From assembly GCF_018350175.1 (NCBI RefSeq), contig NC_058368.1, forward strand, positions 229,154,001 to 229,218,000: a stretch of DNA of 64,000 bases, read 5' to 3'. The stretch comes from Felis catus. Taxonomy: Eukaryota. A program made the translations under genes and the position numbers. This document shows, piece by piece, positions 13,056 through 25,177 of this stretch; positions within the stretch are counted from its first letter, which is position 1, and every line of letters begins with the position of its first letter. Under the pieces are notes generated by a model. It worked only from the letters and a program-made list of their open reading frames with translations. It had not been told where the DNA came from and did no database searches.

Positions 13056-13142
13056 GGGGGCACCTGGGTGGCTCAGTCGGTTAAGCGTCTGACTCTTGAT
13101 TTCGGCTCAGGCCATAATCTCAGGTTCATGGGTTTGAGCCCA
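13056..13142 (+). mobile_element. Can-SINE 5' fragment
   Basis: Head 'gggggcacctgggtggctcagtcggttaagcgtctgactcttgatttcggctcagg' with no tail. Confidence 0.9.
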
Positions 13143-13149
13143 TCACTGT

Positions 13150-15400
13150 TCTCATATTTTTAGTATATTTTATTTCAATAGATTTTTTTTTCTTGTCTAT
13201 TAATTAGTTTATTTAGTGGGCTATTTATTTTCTTATTTTTATCAAAAAGAAGGCAGATTTATTAATTAGATCATGTTTTCCTATCTTCTGTCTCATTACT
13301 TTCTGGGTTTATATTTATGGTTTCCATCCTTGTACTTTCCTTTGTTTTATAGTTTTTGAGACTGGATTTGAATTCATTTTTTAATCATTTCTTATTTTTG
13401 TTTATTTGTGTTTCAGTCTTAAAATACATTTCACTGCTTTAAATATATTCCATAAATAGTGATGTTTTGTCTCCACCATTATTATTTATAACACTGTAAT
13501 TTTAGCGTGTATATCCCATTTCAAGCATGAGATGTTTAAGAGAAGATTCTTAATTTCATTTCTAGTTAAATGGCTCTTTTTTTGCTTTGCAATTATATTA
13601 GATGTCTAATTTTTGATGCATTGTTATTAATGACATTTAAAAATATTTCTATCCCATGATACTTTCTGATGGTCTCTTTATAACCTTATATATAATCATT
13701 GTTTTGTGATTATTCAATGGGCACATGAAAAGAAGGTATATTCTGTATTAGTGGGGTGTCCAGTTTAACACATGTGACGATTATCTACCTTACCAATTTG
13801 CATTTCGGTCTTCTATCTTTTTAAAGATTTTGTGAGTATATCTGCTTTATGCTGACACTGGTGGCATAATATCTTATATTTTTAAATTATTTTTATTAGG
13901 ATATTTTATTTTATAGCTCCTTGAATATAATGTAATTTCTAATTTTTAAAGATGTTCTGTTATCTGGTGATTACATATTCCAGTTTATAACTTTATTGTA
14001 AAGTCATGTTGTTTCTGGGAAAGAAAAATAACTTTATTGTAAACTGTGGTTCTAACATTAAAACATGTCTTTCTTTGGCTGCTTCAATGATTTTGGTCTT
14101 GCATTGTACTTTGATATTAAGATCACAAGCCCTGTTTTCTTTTATTTGGCATGACATTGACCACTCTTTTTCTTCTTTCTTTTTTTTTTTTTTTCCATTT
14201 GAACTATCTTGACCTAAATGTGCATGCATCCTATGCAACATACACCTAGGCCTTTCTGTGTAAGTGAAACTGAACATGTTTTTTAATCAAGTGGGTTAAC
14301 AGCATTTGCATTAATTGATAAGATAGCTTGATGTGTGTTCTCTTATTATCCTGTGGATATCATGTTTGCTGTGTCTCTTTCTCTGTGTCATGTGTTGTCT
14401 TTGTTCTTTATAAATTGTTTTAGAATTTTTTTTTTAACATTTATTTATTTTTGAGACAGAGAGAGACCGAGCATGAACGGGGGAGGGTCAGAGAGAGAGG
14501 GAGACACAGAATCCGAAACAGGCTCCAGGCTCTGAGCTGTCAGCACAGAGCCCGACGTGGGGCTCGAACTCACATACCGCGAGATCGTGACCTGAGCCGA
14601 AGTCGGACGCCCAACCGATGGAGCCACCCAGGCGCCCCTTGTTTTAGAATTTTAAAAGGTTCAGAGTTTCATTCTAGTGGTTACCTTTGAGCTTATACTT
14701 TTTGGTGCCCTCACCGTTTCCTTATTTTATCTTTTATTACCACTGTGCCAAAGGTAGAGATTTCTTTCACTCCCACCCACAGCCTATGCAGGTAATATGT
14801 CTAATCTTCTTTCCTGTCTACCACGTTGTTCCCCTACTATTGTTTCAGTTGCATTATTTATTGGAAAAGTATGTAAAACATTTATGTATTATTTTCCCGC
14901 CTTTATCCCTGCCTTCTGTGAATCTTAGATCTGCAATTAGGTACACTTCATGCCTACCCGACAGCCTTTGCCCACACCTTGTCTTTCAAGATGTTGAACT
15001 TCTCCATCTTGTTTCCTTTTCTTTCATCTTCCAGTTCCAGAATTCACCTGCAGCTTCCTTCATACCTGCTTCTCTTTCTGAAGCATTGCCTTCAAAGACT
15101 GTCCCACTTGTGTCTGTCCATCTAGTCATAACCTCAGTGCTTTCTCTCCAAACAGCTTTTTGCTTATTTGCTGACTTGTTTGGGTTTTTTTGTTTTGTTT
15201 TGTTTTGATTCTCTAGCTCTCCACAAAGACTTGCAGCATGACCACAGTGTGTTTTTTTTTCTGTTAGAAATAAATTTTTATTTTTCAACTTTCGTAAGAT
15301 TCCATGCCTTCCAGTTTTGCAGAGATATGGTTTTTTGTATAATTTAAGGTAGTGTGCACAATATGTTAGAAGATTTAGTAGAGATGTATGGAGATCGTCA
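13150..15400 (-). mobile_element. Highly diverged old L1 (L1ME/HAL1-like) remnants, interrupted by a SINE
   Basis: T-rich antisense tract with residual L1 motifs ('gggcacatgaaaagaaggtatattctg', 'tttatttggcatgacattg'). Confidence 0.4.
14430..14638 (-). mobile_element. Can-SINE (young feliform) with TSD
   Basis: CpG-rich full-length copy. TSD 'ttgttttagaatttt' starts at 14415 and 14639. Confidence 0.97.
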
Positions 15401-15534
15401 TAATTAGGAGTTTCAAATGGCCACCACTAATTTAGCTATCCAAAAATAGCCATTTTGAAAATTTTTGAAGGAGTTGATATTAATGTTTATGAATAACACT
15501 AATATAATCTGAATTGATTTTATTTTAGATTTTT

Positions 15535-16195
15535 TCCAATTTTATTGACATATAATTGACATAACTACATATGAGTTTCAGGTATACAGCATAATGGTTT
15601 GACATATGTATATATCACAAAATGATCACCACAATAAATTTAGTTAATATCCATCACCTTATATAGTTACAACTTTTGTTTCTTGTAATGAAAACTTTTA
15701 GGATCTACTTATTTTTTAAGTTTTATTTTTATTTATTCTGAGAGAGAGAGAAAGAGAGAGAGAGGGAGAGGGTGACAAAGAGCAAGTGGGGGAGGGGCAG
15801 AGAGAGAGAGAGAGAGGGAAAGAGAAAATTCCAAGTAGGGTCTGCATGGACAGTGCAGAGCCTGTGCAGAGCCTAATGCAGGGCTTGAACTCATAAACTG
15901 TGAGATTGTGACCTGAGCCAAAATCAAGAGTTGGTGGCTCAACTTAACTGAGCCACCCAGGAGTCCCTAAGATCTACTTTCTTAACAACTTTAAAATATA
16001 TAGGGTCACCATGCTATACATTATATTTTCAGAACTTGTTTACCTCATAACTGGAAGTTTGTATTTTTTGACCACCTTCACCCATTTCCCACTTTCCACC
16101 CCACACTTCTGACAAGCACCAAACAGTTCTCTGTATCTACGAGTTAGATTTTTGTTCCATGTATAAGTGAGCTCATATAGTATTTGTCTTTCTCC
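15535..16195 (-). mobile_element. L1MA-like 3' end, interrupted by a SINE
   Basis: 'attttattgacatataattgacataac...ggtatacagcataatggtttgacatatg' and, after the SINE, 'ataactggaagtttgta...ccatgtataagtgagctcatatagtatttgtctttctc'. Confidence 0.8.
15712..15967 (-). mobile_element. Can-SINE inserted in L1
   Basis: SINE body flanked by near-identical 'ta(g/a)gatctactt'. Confidence 0.9.
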
Positions 16196-16545
16196 ATTAT
16201 GATATGTTATAATAAAATTTCCTAGAATAATAGGATCTCATAAGGGGAGTAGATGGTTTGCTTACATCAAATGCATTATCTTAACAAACTAATATTTTTG
16301 GTGTATAATTGTATAAGTTGTTTTTTTGTGTCCCCCAGATCAACTCTTTCCCTTCCCCCTTCTTCCCTCCAAACAGAACTTTGGTTGATTCAGATATCCA
16401 CTCTTTTCCCATGTTATCACATGAACTTTAAGATAACATGGTTCCAGACCCATGTCCAGGACTAAACTGTCATAAACTGCACTAGGATGGTTTCCTGGTT
16501 TCATAACCTTTGTTTCACTATTCACTCAAAGAGACATGTGGTCCA

Positions 16546-16740
16546 CGGGCACCTGGGTGGCTCAGTTGGTTACACATCCGACTCTTGATTTCAGCTCAAG
16601 TCATGGTCTCAGGGTCCTGGGAAAGAGCCCCACATCAGGCTCCACACTGAGTGTGGAGCCTGCTTGGGATTCTCTCTCTCCCTCTTTCTGTGCCTCTCCC
16701 ACCGCTCTCTCTCTGTTTCTCAAAATCAATAATCATTAAT
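16546..16740 (+). mobile_element. Can-SINE (older subfamily)
   Basis: Head 'gggcacctgggtggctcagttgg'. TSD 'agagacatgtggtcca' (16530-16545) / 'aaagatatgtggtcca' (17001-17016). Confidence 0.92.
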
Positions 16741-16745
16741 TTTTT

Positions 16746-16976
16746 ATTTTATTTTATTTTTTTTATTTTTTTTCAACGTTTATTTATTTTTGGGACAGAG
16801 AGAGACAGAGCATGAACGGGGGAGGGGCAGAGAGAGAGGGAGACACAGAATCAGAAACAGGCTCCAGGCTCTGAGCCATCAGCCCAGAGCCTGACGCGGG
16901 GCTCGAACTCACGGAGCGTGAGATCGTGACCTGGCTGAAGTCGGACGCTTAACCAACTGCGTCACCCAGGCACCCC
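16746..16976 (-). mobile_element. Young felid SINE (SINEC_Fc-type) nested in the tail of the previous SINE
   Basis: Diagnostic 'tcaacgtttatttatttttgggacag...gagccatcagcccagagcc...gtgacctggctgaag'. Flanked by 'taatttttt'. Confidence 0.95.
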
Positions 16977-17619
16977 TAATTTTTTTTTTAAGATTAAAGA
17001 AAAGATATGTGGTCCATTTGGGCCAATGATGTGTGAAGAGAGGCACATTTGCATTTTCTGAGAAAAAAAGTTTCCTTGTTTCTTCTGGGACAACTTCCAG
17101 AAACATCATTACAATCTTTAGGAGGGAGCCTGATGCCCTACATGTCATTACAGCACCCACTACCATGAAGACACGGACCTCAGGACGGAAATAGCACAGT
17201 GCCTAGAAAAGCAGAGTCAGAAAGGCCCTGGGATCCCTTTGCAACCTTTCTGACATCTGTTTCATATACAAAATTAATTTATAAGCCCAGAATGAGCCTA
17301 GCTTTTCATAGGAATATGAGTTGGGTTTTTTGTGTCTTAATTCCAAAATTATCCTAACTAACCCCTGATTATATTCACTGCTTAGCTGTTTGTAAAATCA
17401 TACTTTGTAAAGCATGATTATTTGTTAAATCCAAGTTAAACATATAATCTTCAGTGAGAAGTCATTGGTATAGGCATAAAATAAAAAAATACATATTATG
17501 AAATGAGACTTTAGGAATTTTCCAGATTTATCTCACAATAAACTCTTCATAAGCATTTACAGGGATCATGAGCTTGCTCGTTTATAAGGTGTATCTTCCA
17601 TTCCTGGAGAAGCCTATTT

Positions 17620-17655
17620 CTTTTTAAAGTTTATTTATTTATTTTGAGACACACA

Positions 17656-17715
<60 letters not shown>

Positions 17716-17877
17716 ATGAGTGGGGAGGGGCAGAGAGAGAGAGATAGAATCCCAAGCAGTGTCAGTTGCTGTCAGAGCAGAGCCTCATGTGGGGCTCAGA
17801 CCCATGAACCATAATAAGATCATGACCTGAGTCAAAACCAAGAGTCAGAAGCTTAACTGATTGAGCCACTCAAGCCC
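17620..17877 (-). mobile_element. Can-SINE with (CA)n(GA)n compound microsatellite
   Basis: SINE body with a compound microsatellite at 17649-17714. Flanking 'agcctattt' is repeated. Confidence 0.9.
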
Positions 17878-19189
17878 TGAGCAGCCTATTTGTTAACCAG
17901 CTACAGCGTGTCTGAAGGATACGGAACAACTGTACCCGCCTTACAAATATAAGGAAATTCACAGATACCACCTCCTTCTTATTCAGAAGAGCTCTATTTC
18001 TCAGATAAAAGTCATTGTTTTCCTTAATGTATAATACATTTTTCTTATCCAAGTCAAATTTTCGTATCCATTTTAGCATGACATCTCAGGAATCACAATG
18101 ATGCCACACATCATGTATAATATTTTTTCAACACCCAGTACAAATGACGGAGGACTTTATAAGTTCTTGGATTGCCTTTGTTGTCGCTGTTGAATTTTTT
18201 AAACATTCCCTACAAATATGTCTAATCCTATAATGGTATAATTATTCTCAATGCCTTGTGAATCCTGAATCTGTGGTTTTAAATACTATTTTTACAAATA
18301 TAGTTCACATATTTTTCCAGTTTACATTATTTAACAGGTTGATCGTACATTTTTTTTGTTTTCAAAATTTGGTTTTGTTACTTTAATGTGTCTTGCTTTG
18401 TCTATTTATAAAACATCCTTTCACAATGGCAAAGTGCCATCCCTGCATCTCTGAATGGTCGCAGAATATTTAGAAAGTACAACAGAAAGTAAAATGGAAA
18501 GTACTCTACTTTTATTTGAAGGTTTAAGCGGTAATCTCATATAGACAATTCTTTACATAATTTTATTCCAAATAAAAAGTCATGTAAACGAACTCTTCTC
18601 AAAATGGTGATAAAAAATATTCACGTCTACAAACCCTTATTAATCTAACTGCATAATGAGTTATAATGTTTAAGCAGTGATTGATTTGGATGCCATCTTT
18701 GTGCTCATTTCATAATGCAATTACTGAGGCCTAAACATATTCATACCACCCAATTAGGGGCGGAATTAAGACCTGAATGTAGGTCTTAATTTGCTCTTCC
18801 AGTCCAGATTCTAAACCAATATGATATTCTGTCTCAAACTAGAAGAGGACTTTCTAAGATGTGCTCATTCTCTTTTACAAGCAAAATTGTTGTTCAAGTT
18901 CTTCACGTGAAAATTATTATCCCCCCCTAAACAAAATGGAAAGCCAAATAAATTAATACTACACATTAACAGATGATGAAAATGTCAGGTGGATTTTTAT
19001 GGAATTTGAGAATAAAAATATCAACAATAGCCAACGTAATTAAAAAAAAAAGTATCTGTACCTGCCTGATGAGATATTACAATAGCTCACACCTATATAA
19101 GTGTGTATATATGACACAGAAAATAACTGAAATAGCTGTATTATTGTATGCCAAATGGATGGCAGTCACTAACTCCATGAAAAGAAGTG

Positions 19190-19362
19190 GGAATACTGTG
19201 GAGTCAATGGTATGGTCATCGTGTTGCATGGTGACAATGGTAGCTACACTTTGGAGAGCACAACATAATGCATGGACGTGTCACATCACTACGTTGTACA
19301 CCTGAAACTAATGTAACATTGTGCATCAACTATAGTTCAATAAAAACTTAAAATTAAAAAAG
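19190..19362 (+). mobile_element. L1 3' end (carnivore/laurasiatherian type)
   Basis: 'gcatggtgacaatggtagctacact...cactacgttgtacacctgaaactaatgtaacattgtgcatcaactata...aataaaaa'. Confidence 0.8.
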
Positions 19363-20672
19363 GGGATTTTTGTCTGTACCCACTTTGAATTTTTAGAAAT
19401 GATGCTCTATCCTAGTTATGTCACTGAAGTGAAAAAATGTCTGAAACAAAGCTCGTATTGTTATGGAGAAAGGTCTTTGAACAATGCCTCTCTCATTATA
19501 AGCTGTCAGTTTATTTCAGCTATAATTACTATTATTTTTAATATACAGCTCTGAGCAGACTGATACTTTCCACTTCAGGCTAACCTGTTACTAAGCATTA
19601 TTAGATCTTTCAAGATTTCTCTATTTTCCATCTGAGAATCAGAAGCCACTATTGATAATGCTTCCACTGTGGGCCAATATTTCTTTGCCTGTTGTACTGA
19701 AACTTAAAGAAATCTCTGTATATAGTTCTTTTGTATATTTACCTCAATGAAATCTGTTCTCAATTTTTTTAAAAACAACCTACTTGAAGGAGAAAAATAG
19801 CAAATCTTTACACAGGTAAATAAAATCACTGCTCTGTTAATCTTTTCCTGGAAGAAACCAGATAAAAGTTATTTTGACATGGGAAGAATAATATTGGGGT
19901 TAAAGCAGGGTTTAGGAAAATGAGATTTGTTTTTCTGTACCTGGTATTGACAAAACTATTTCTGTCTGCAGAAGGGCATTCTGCCTGTCTCAGGAAAATT
20001 TATACTTCAGGATGTTTAGTAGATGTTACTCGTATAAATCTGGAGTGTAATTGTGGACCTACGTATCACATATACTGCAGGGTAGTGCCACAGAGGCGGT
20101 GGACCGTAGGAGCTGACTTGAGCGACTCTCACCCAATCAGTGTTTGTCCGTTTCATTTTCCTGCCTTTTCTTTTCATTGGTCATCTTCACTGATCTTGCC
20201 TCAACTATCGCCCTGGCCTCATGCATCTTCTTTCCATGAATTACAATTTATATAGAAATTTGTGAATCAATAGTTTATTTACCTGGGCCTTGGTAATTGA
20301 AATATTTCAATCTCAACCAGATTCCTATACAGAAGCAACTATAAGAAACTTTCTGAGAGGCTTCATTTCCTGCTTCAAAATGAAAGCCAAAATCAGTCAA
20401 ATAGTAATTGCTTATTCCTCAAAATTTAAGATAGATTTGGCCATGTTCTTATTTACCCAAAATAGCCCATTGTTCAAGCTGTGGCTCTGCTCTGTATTCT
20501 TTATAGTTAGGAAAAATACAATACAGCCTCTTCTTTCTAAGCCTCACCTACGTTGCCAGGGGAACTCAGGAATCCAGGTGCATATAATGGCAGTAAATTT
20601 GTGTGTGTGTGGTAGAGAATGTCCTCCTTCTCTTATAAAACACACTAGGGAATGTCCTCATTCTCTTCTAAG

Positions 20673-20673
<1 letters not shown>

Positions 20674-20709
<36 letters not shown>
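20674..20709. repeat. (CA)n microsatellite
   Basis: Directly visible. Confidence 0.95.
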
Positions 20710-20715
<6 letters not shown>

Positions 20716-20919
20716 AGTGTGTTTGTGAAGGGGGATGCTTGACCAGTTACAAGAAAACCAAGAACAAACACATTCTTATATTTAATAAATTCCACCCATT
20801 AAAGATCAATTCCAGGAATTAGGATTCTTGGATTAATTAAAGTCTAAACAGAAAAAATACAGCATGTCCAAATTAAGAGACTGAGACAATTTTATTAAAA
20901 AGACTGATTTTATAAATAC

Positions 20920-21310
20920 AGATGGAGGTTGGCCAACTCACACAGGGTGGTGTGAGGGACTGTTAGCAGTCCTATGCCTGATAGGGAAGGAAAGGCTGTG
21001 TTACCTGTGTCCAGAAATGAAGAAGACTCTGTAGAAAGAACCACCTTACTGGTGGTGAGATAGTCTCCTACAGATGTAGGCAGGCAGCCTTGTGAAGAGG
21101 GAGCGGGGGATACAACCAACCACATTGACCTTGTTCTCCACTCTGCATTCAACTCTTGACAGTACTTTCCATTGTCCAAATACAAAAGGAAGGCAGGGGA
21201 TAAGTAAGAGCTTTGAGGTCTTCAAAACAGGTTAACTTCCTAGATGTGGAGAGTGGGTTAAGCAGCAGAGTCGTCGACAGAAACATGAGGCACAAAATCA
21301 AAACGATTAA
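20920..21310 (-). mobile_element. ERVL LTR remnant (LTR40-like)
   Basis: 'ttccattgtccaaatacaaaaggaaggcaggggataagtaagagc...aggttaacttcctag' resembles the antisense end of old ERVL LTRs. Confidence 0.4.
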
Positions 21311-22082
21311 GGAGAATTGACTTTAGCTTTTGTAAAATAAAAATTGGGAAGAAAATGGCTGTGTTCATTAAAGACTAGAAAACTCTTCTTTCTGACCAAG
21401 GGAAGGACCAAGAAAGTTTATTTCCCTATTATCCAAAGCTCCAGGATGGAAAAGTGAATCTCCAAGTAAATGAATGGATGGATGAAAAATACATAAAGCT
21501 TTGACACATTTGAATGTGGGGCCTCAATTTATATATGTGGTATAAACACACTAACAGCCCTATTGTTGAAGCCACAGGGATCTTGAAAACTCTTAGAGGG
21601 ACATACACAAATCAAGAGGTGAAAAGACAAATGATTCTTGCTCAAAATGAAGATACAATAAGAAAAAAAAATCCACTCCTCTTCATTACTACCCAAAATG
21701 TGATACGTTCTTGGAAATACTTTAACATAAATTAATGATAAATATTGGCTTTTGGACTTTCAAGGTCTTTCTCTTCATGACTAGTTATTAGAGGCTGAAA
21801 CCTCAGTAAATAAACTAATTATTTTTAAAATAAATATAAAGTCTCAATCATCTGTAACTAAAAAAAGGAAGTATTAGCTTTAAAGAGGCATGTGTTAAAA
21901 TGGAATAAGCTATAAGTTTCAGCCATCTTCAATGCTATATGCTTTGATGAGCAATCATGCAGCCTTTAAATAGCAACCGAAACCTTATCCCTATGCGTTT
22001 GAAGCTCATGAAAGTTTGCAAGTATCATGTTGCTAGGTGTTTTAAGGTTAAATTATAATTGCATTATTAAAAATCCACAAGT

Positions 22083-22297
22083 GGGGCGCCTGGGTGGCGC
22101 AGTCGGTTAAGCGTCCGACTTCAGCCAGGTCACGATCTCGCGGTCCGTGAGTTCGAGCCCCGTGTCAGGCTCAGGGCTGATGGCTCGGAGCCTGGAGCCT
22201 GTTTCCGATTCTGTGTCTCCCTCTCTCTCTGCCCCTCCCCCGTTCATGCTCTGTCTCTCTCTGTCCCAAAAATAAATAAAAACGTTGAAAAAAAAAT
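22083..22297 (+). mobile_element. Young felid SINE (SINEC_Fc-type), full length
   Basis: CpGs are largely intact. Perfect 16-bp TSD 'ttaaaaatccacaagt' at 22067-22082 and 22298-22313. Confidence 0.98.
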
Positions 22298-22989
22298 TTA
22301 AAAATCCACAAGTGATATTTTAAGTCTGTCTTACTGAGGTGAAATATTCTTCCTTTTTTGCTTTTGAATTTGAATGCATTTTAAACTTACTGAACATGAA
22401 ATAAAATTATATCCCGTTTTCTAACATATACGAGTAGATTTTTCCAGACTGTACTATTAAGGGCATGTTTCAAAATGTCTAATTTGGGATAAAAAGATCA
22501 TCAATCATCAGGCGTATGTGCATTATTCACTGCACACAGTATGCATTAAATTGTGAACGTCTTTCCTCCAGTTCCATGCTACTGAGAAGAATCAATATAT
22601 GGCAGTGAAATTAACTGTAAAAAAGGCTGTTGATTCTGTCTAAAATGATCTACTCATCAATCAAGTTAAAAATCATTTAGGCTCTGATGCAGCTTTGTGG
22701 ATTTTCAAATGATAGAAGGATTATGCTAAAGAGGAGTTAATAGCACAATGTCAATCAGAGAAAGAAGCAACAATTATAATACCCTTTTGGCATTTTTATC
22801 AATACCTTGGTAATGAGATCGAAAATTGATTCAATAAGGAAATGGTTATCACTGGTGATGGAGGGTTCCATAATGTTTCAGGTATCTGGGGATATTATTG
22901 GAAGCATGCTCAGTGGCCCCAATAATTGTCATCAAATCAGAAAGTTAGGCTCATAAGATGTAGTGCAGCTGCTCACAGAAAGAACTTCA

Positions 22990-23495
22990 ACCCGCCCACG
23001 ATCCGATTCAGATCCCAGGTGAGACAGTGGAGCAAGTGACCGCATTAATTTGGCAATATAGAGACATACTTGGCATTAAAGACTGTGGGATTGGCCACAC
23101 CCCATTTCTGTTCCCTTTTGCTGTGGATAAACGGAAGTTTGCAGGAAAGCCTGCGGCAGAATGGGTCCCCGGTAGACGACGGTGAGCAGCGCCCCCTCCT
23201 GCCCCATGTTTGAAAGGCAGCCTAAGTTAAAAAACACTTTTTTGTTAAATTTTGATATTTGGAAGCCATAGCCTACTGCTGTGTGATGTAGCCCATCACA
23301 ACCGGCGCGAGATACTTGGTCTTACCCATAACCACAGCCAACAGGAAGTAGCTGGAGAGTATGTACCCCTAAAAAGAGGGAGCAAATCAAAAACAAGGCA
23401 GACTTGTGACCCACCCAACAGAAGATCCAGCTCAAGAGACTGGCAGCCAATGCCGAATCCAGAGAGCGTATAATATAAAAAGGGTGACTGTCGTG
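22990..23495. promoter_or_regulatory. Candidate regulatory element (local CpG retention; GC box, CCAAT, CACCC, ETS, CTCF-like and TATA-like motifs)
   Basis: About 16 CpGs in ~500 bp of apparently non-repeat DNA. Motifs: cccgccc 22991, attgg 23090, ccacacccc 23095, cggaagt 23132, cagcgccccctcctgccc 23187-23204, ccaat 23447, tataaaa 23474. Confidence 0.4.
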
Positions 23496-24975
23496 ATGAG
23501 GCAGTTGCTGCAAATGACAAAAAAAAAAAAAAAAAAAAAAGAGAGAGAAAGAAAAGAAAACAATGACAGATGATATAAAATGTTTCAATATTTGGACAGT
23601 AATTTCCAGGCGATTGACAGTTCTCTCAGGATTTTAGCAGCGACTATAGGTTAAAGTAAGAAAAAAAAATACAAGCAAAGTCATTATGCATTAAAGGAAA
23701 AATAAACATTGCACAATAAAGTTGACAATCATAGGAGGTCACTTTGCCTGGCACAGAACATGATATTCAAAATGATTTTAAAGTAAAACGATAATATTGC
23801 AAAATCAGATATCATGCAAAAGACCATTTTAGGTGGATGAGAAAAATAGAGGTGAAAATGGGTGTGTAAACAAGAGAAATCTTTTAACCAATAGGTTAAA
23901 GGCCAATCGATATCTACTGTCTAAAACTGATCATGTAAGAAAAAAAATCATAAGCATATTCCTTAAAATATAGAGATCAAAATAAAGAAGTAAAAGTGAT
24001 TAATTCCAATGGACAAATGGAGCGCTGGAAATGCAGGTTACAAAACAGACCTGGTCTCTTTATATCGTACTTTTAGTACTGTGTGATTTTTAAAAATACA
24101 GTGTACATATTACGGTAGAATTCTAAGTTTGACATTTAAATTGTTAGTCACGTTTCTGCACTTTGTACGGCCTGTGAACATGTTCCCTGCAAAACTTTGG
24201 CATAACCCAAAACACATCTGGAAGCTGCATTTCTCAACGCTAAAAATAGGACACAGGGTTCACCCCAAGTTCTCTGAGAAGGGTGGATTAAAGGGCTCCT
24301 AAAGACTCCTGAAGTGTTTACAGTTCAGACACCTGAGGTACCTCTTCATAAATCTGCTCTCCTGTCAGTCTCGAGACCCCTCAGGTCCTTCGCCTGTCAC
24401 CTGGATTGAGGATTATCCACTCGCAATTTCTAATGCACACTGGGGGAAGTCTTTGGAACAACACTGTGTAAAGTCATTTCTAAGGTATTTGAGAGTTTTG
24501 GTAAAATTTCAGTGCAAACACTTTTTAAATGCCTGCCGCATGTCAGCTGGGTCTACCGTAGACAATCAAAATCACATCTTAAAGTCATTTTTTTCCTCCT
24601 CCAATACCGTGCTTCCTTTGTTGATTTGTTTACAATGCCAGCTGTAGGACTGTCAATATTTAAAGGGTAAAACTATGTTTTATAAATGAGCCCACTGAAA
24701 CCATTTTTGAAGCCTAGCCAGGATTTACTCACTTCCATAAATAAATTGCTGTGTTAATGCCATGCCATGATTTCAAAAATTACTCACAGTCCTAACTAAA
24801 CACATGCAATGCTTTCATGGGTGTTGAAAACATACAAATAACAACACCCATAAAACTACTGTGTTAACATTATTCAAGTAAAGGCCTTTAGGAGTCCAGA
24901 GATTGTAGTTAACTATTCCAAATCAGGAAGGCGGTGGATATTTCCTGTGACTCTATTAAAAGGGTCAAGAGGAGT

Positions 24976-25177
24976 GGGACACCTGGATGGCTGAGTTGGT
25001 TAAGTGTCTGACTTCGGTTCAGGTCATGATCTCGCCATTTGTCAGTTCAAGCCCTACGTCAGGCTCTGTGCTGGCAGCTCAGAGCCTGAAGCCTGTTTCA
25101 GATTCTGTGTCTCTCTCTCTCTTTCTGCCCCTCCCCAACTTTCTCTCAAAAATGAATAAACATTAAAAAAATTGTTT
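24976..25177 (+). mobile_element. Can-SINE
   Basis: SINE body flanked by the duplicated 'aaagggtcaagag'. Confidence 0.93.

Larger units (their letters stand above)
16330..17365 (+). mobile_element. ERVL solo LTR (LTR16/LTR33-like) interrupted by two SINEs
   Basis: 5' part 'ttcccccttcttccctccaaacagaac...ttcagatatccac'. It resumes after the SINEs with 'tgtggtccatttgggccaatga' and ends 'tgagttgggttttt...atcctaactaac'. Confidence 0.55.

Noticed and set aside
14687..15208. Longest ORF in the window (173 aa)
   Set aside because: It has a TTG start and an L/F/S/P-biased composition typical of pyrimidine-rich antisense old-LINE DNA, with no recognisable domain.
18764..18791. Perfect 11-bp hairpin aattaagacct-n6-aggtcttaatt; similar 10-bp stems at 24817-24851, 31293-31320 and 38788-38821
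   Set aside because: A few 10-11-bp stems with short loops are roughly what chance gives in 64 kb of AT-rich DNA. They are too short for pre-miRNAs or MITEs.
22083..22165. tRNA-like A/B box sequences (here and in the other SINE heads)
   Set aside because: These are the tRNA-derived heads of Can-SINEs, not tRNA genes.
23511..23570. A22 tract as the tail of a processed pseudogene spanning about 22.5-23.5 kb
   Set aside because: There is no canonical AATAAA just upstream, no upstream TSD partner that I could find, and no recognisable parent ORF. The tract is flanked only by a local 'aatgaca' repeat.
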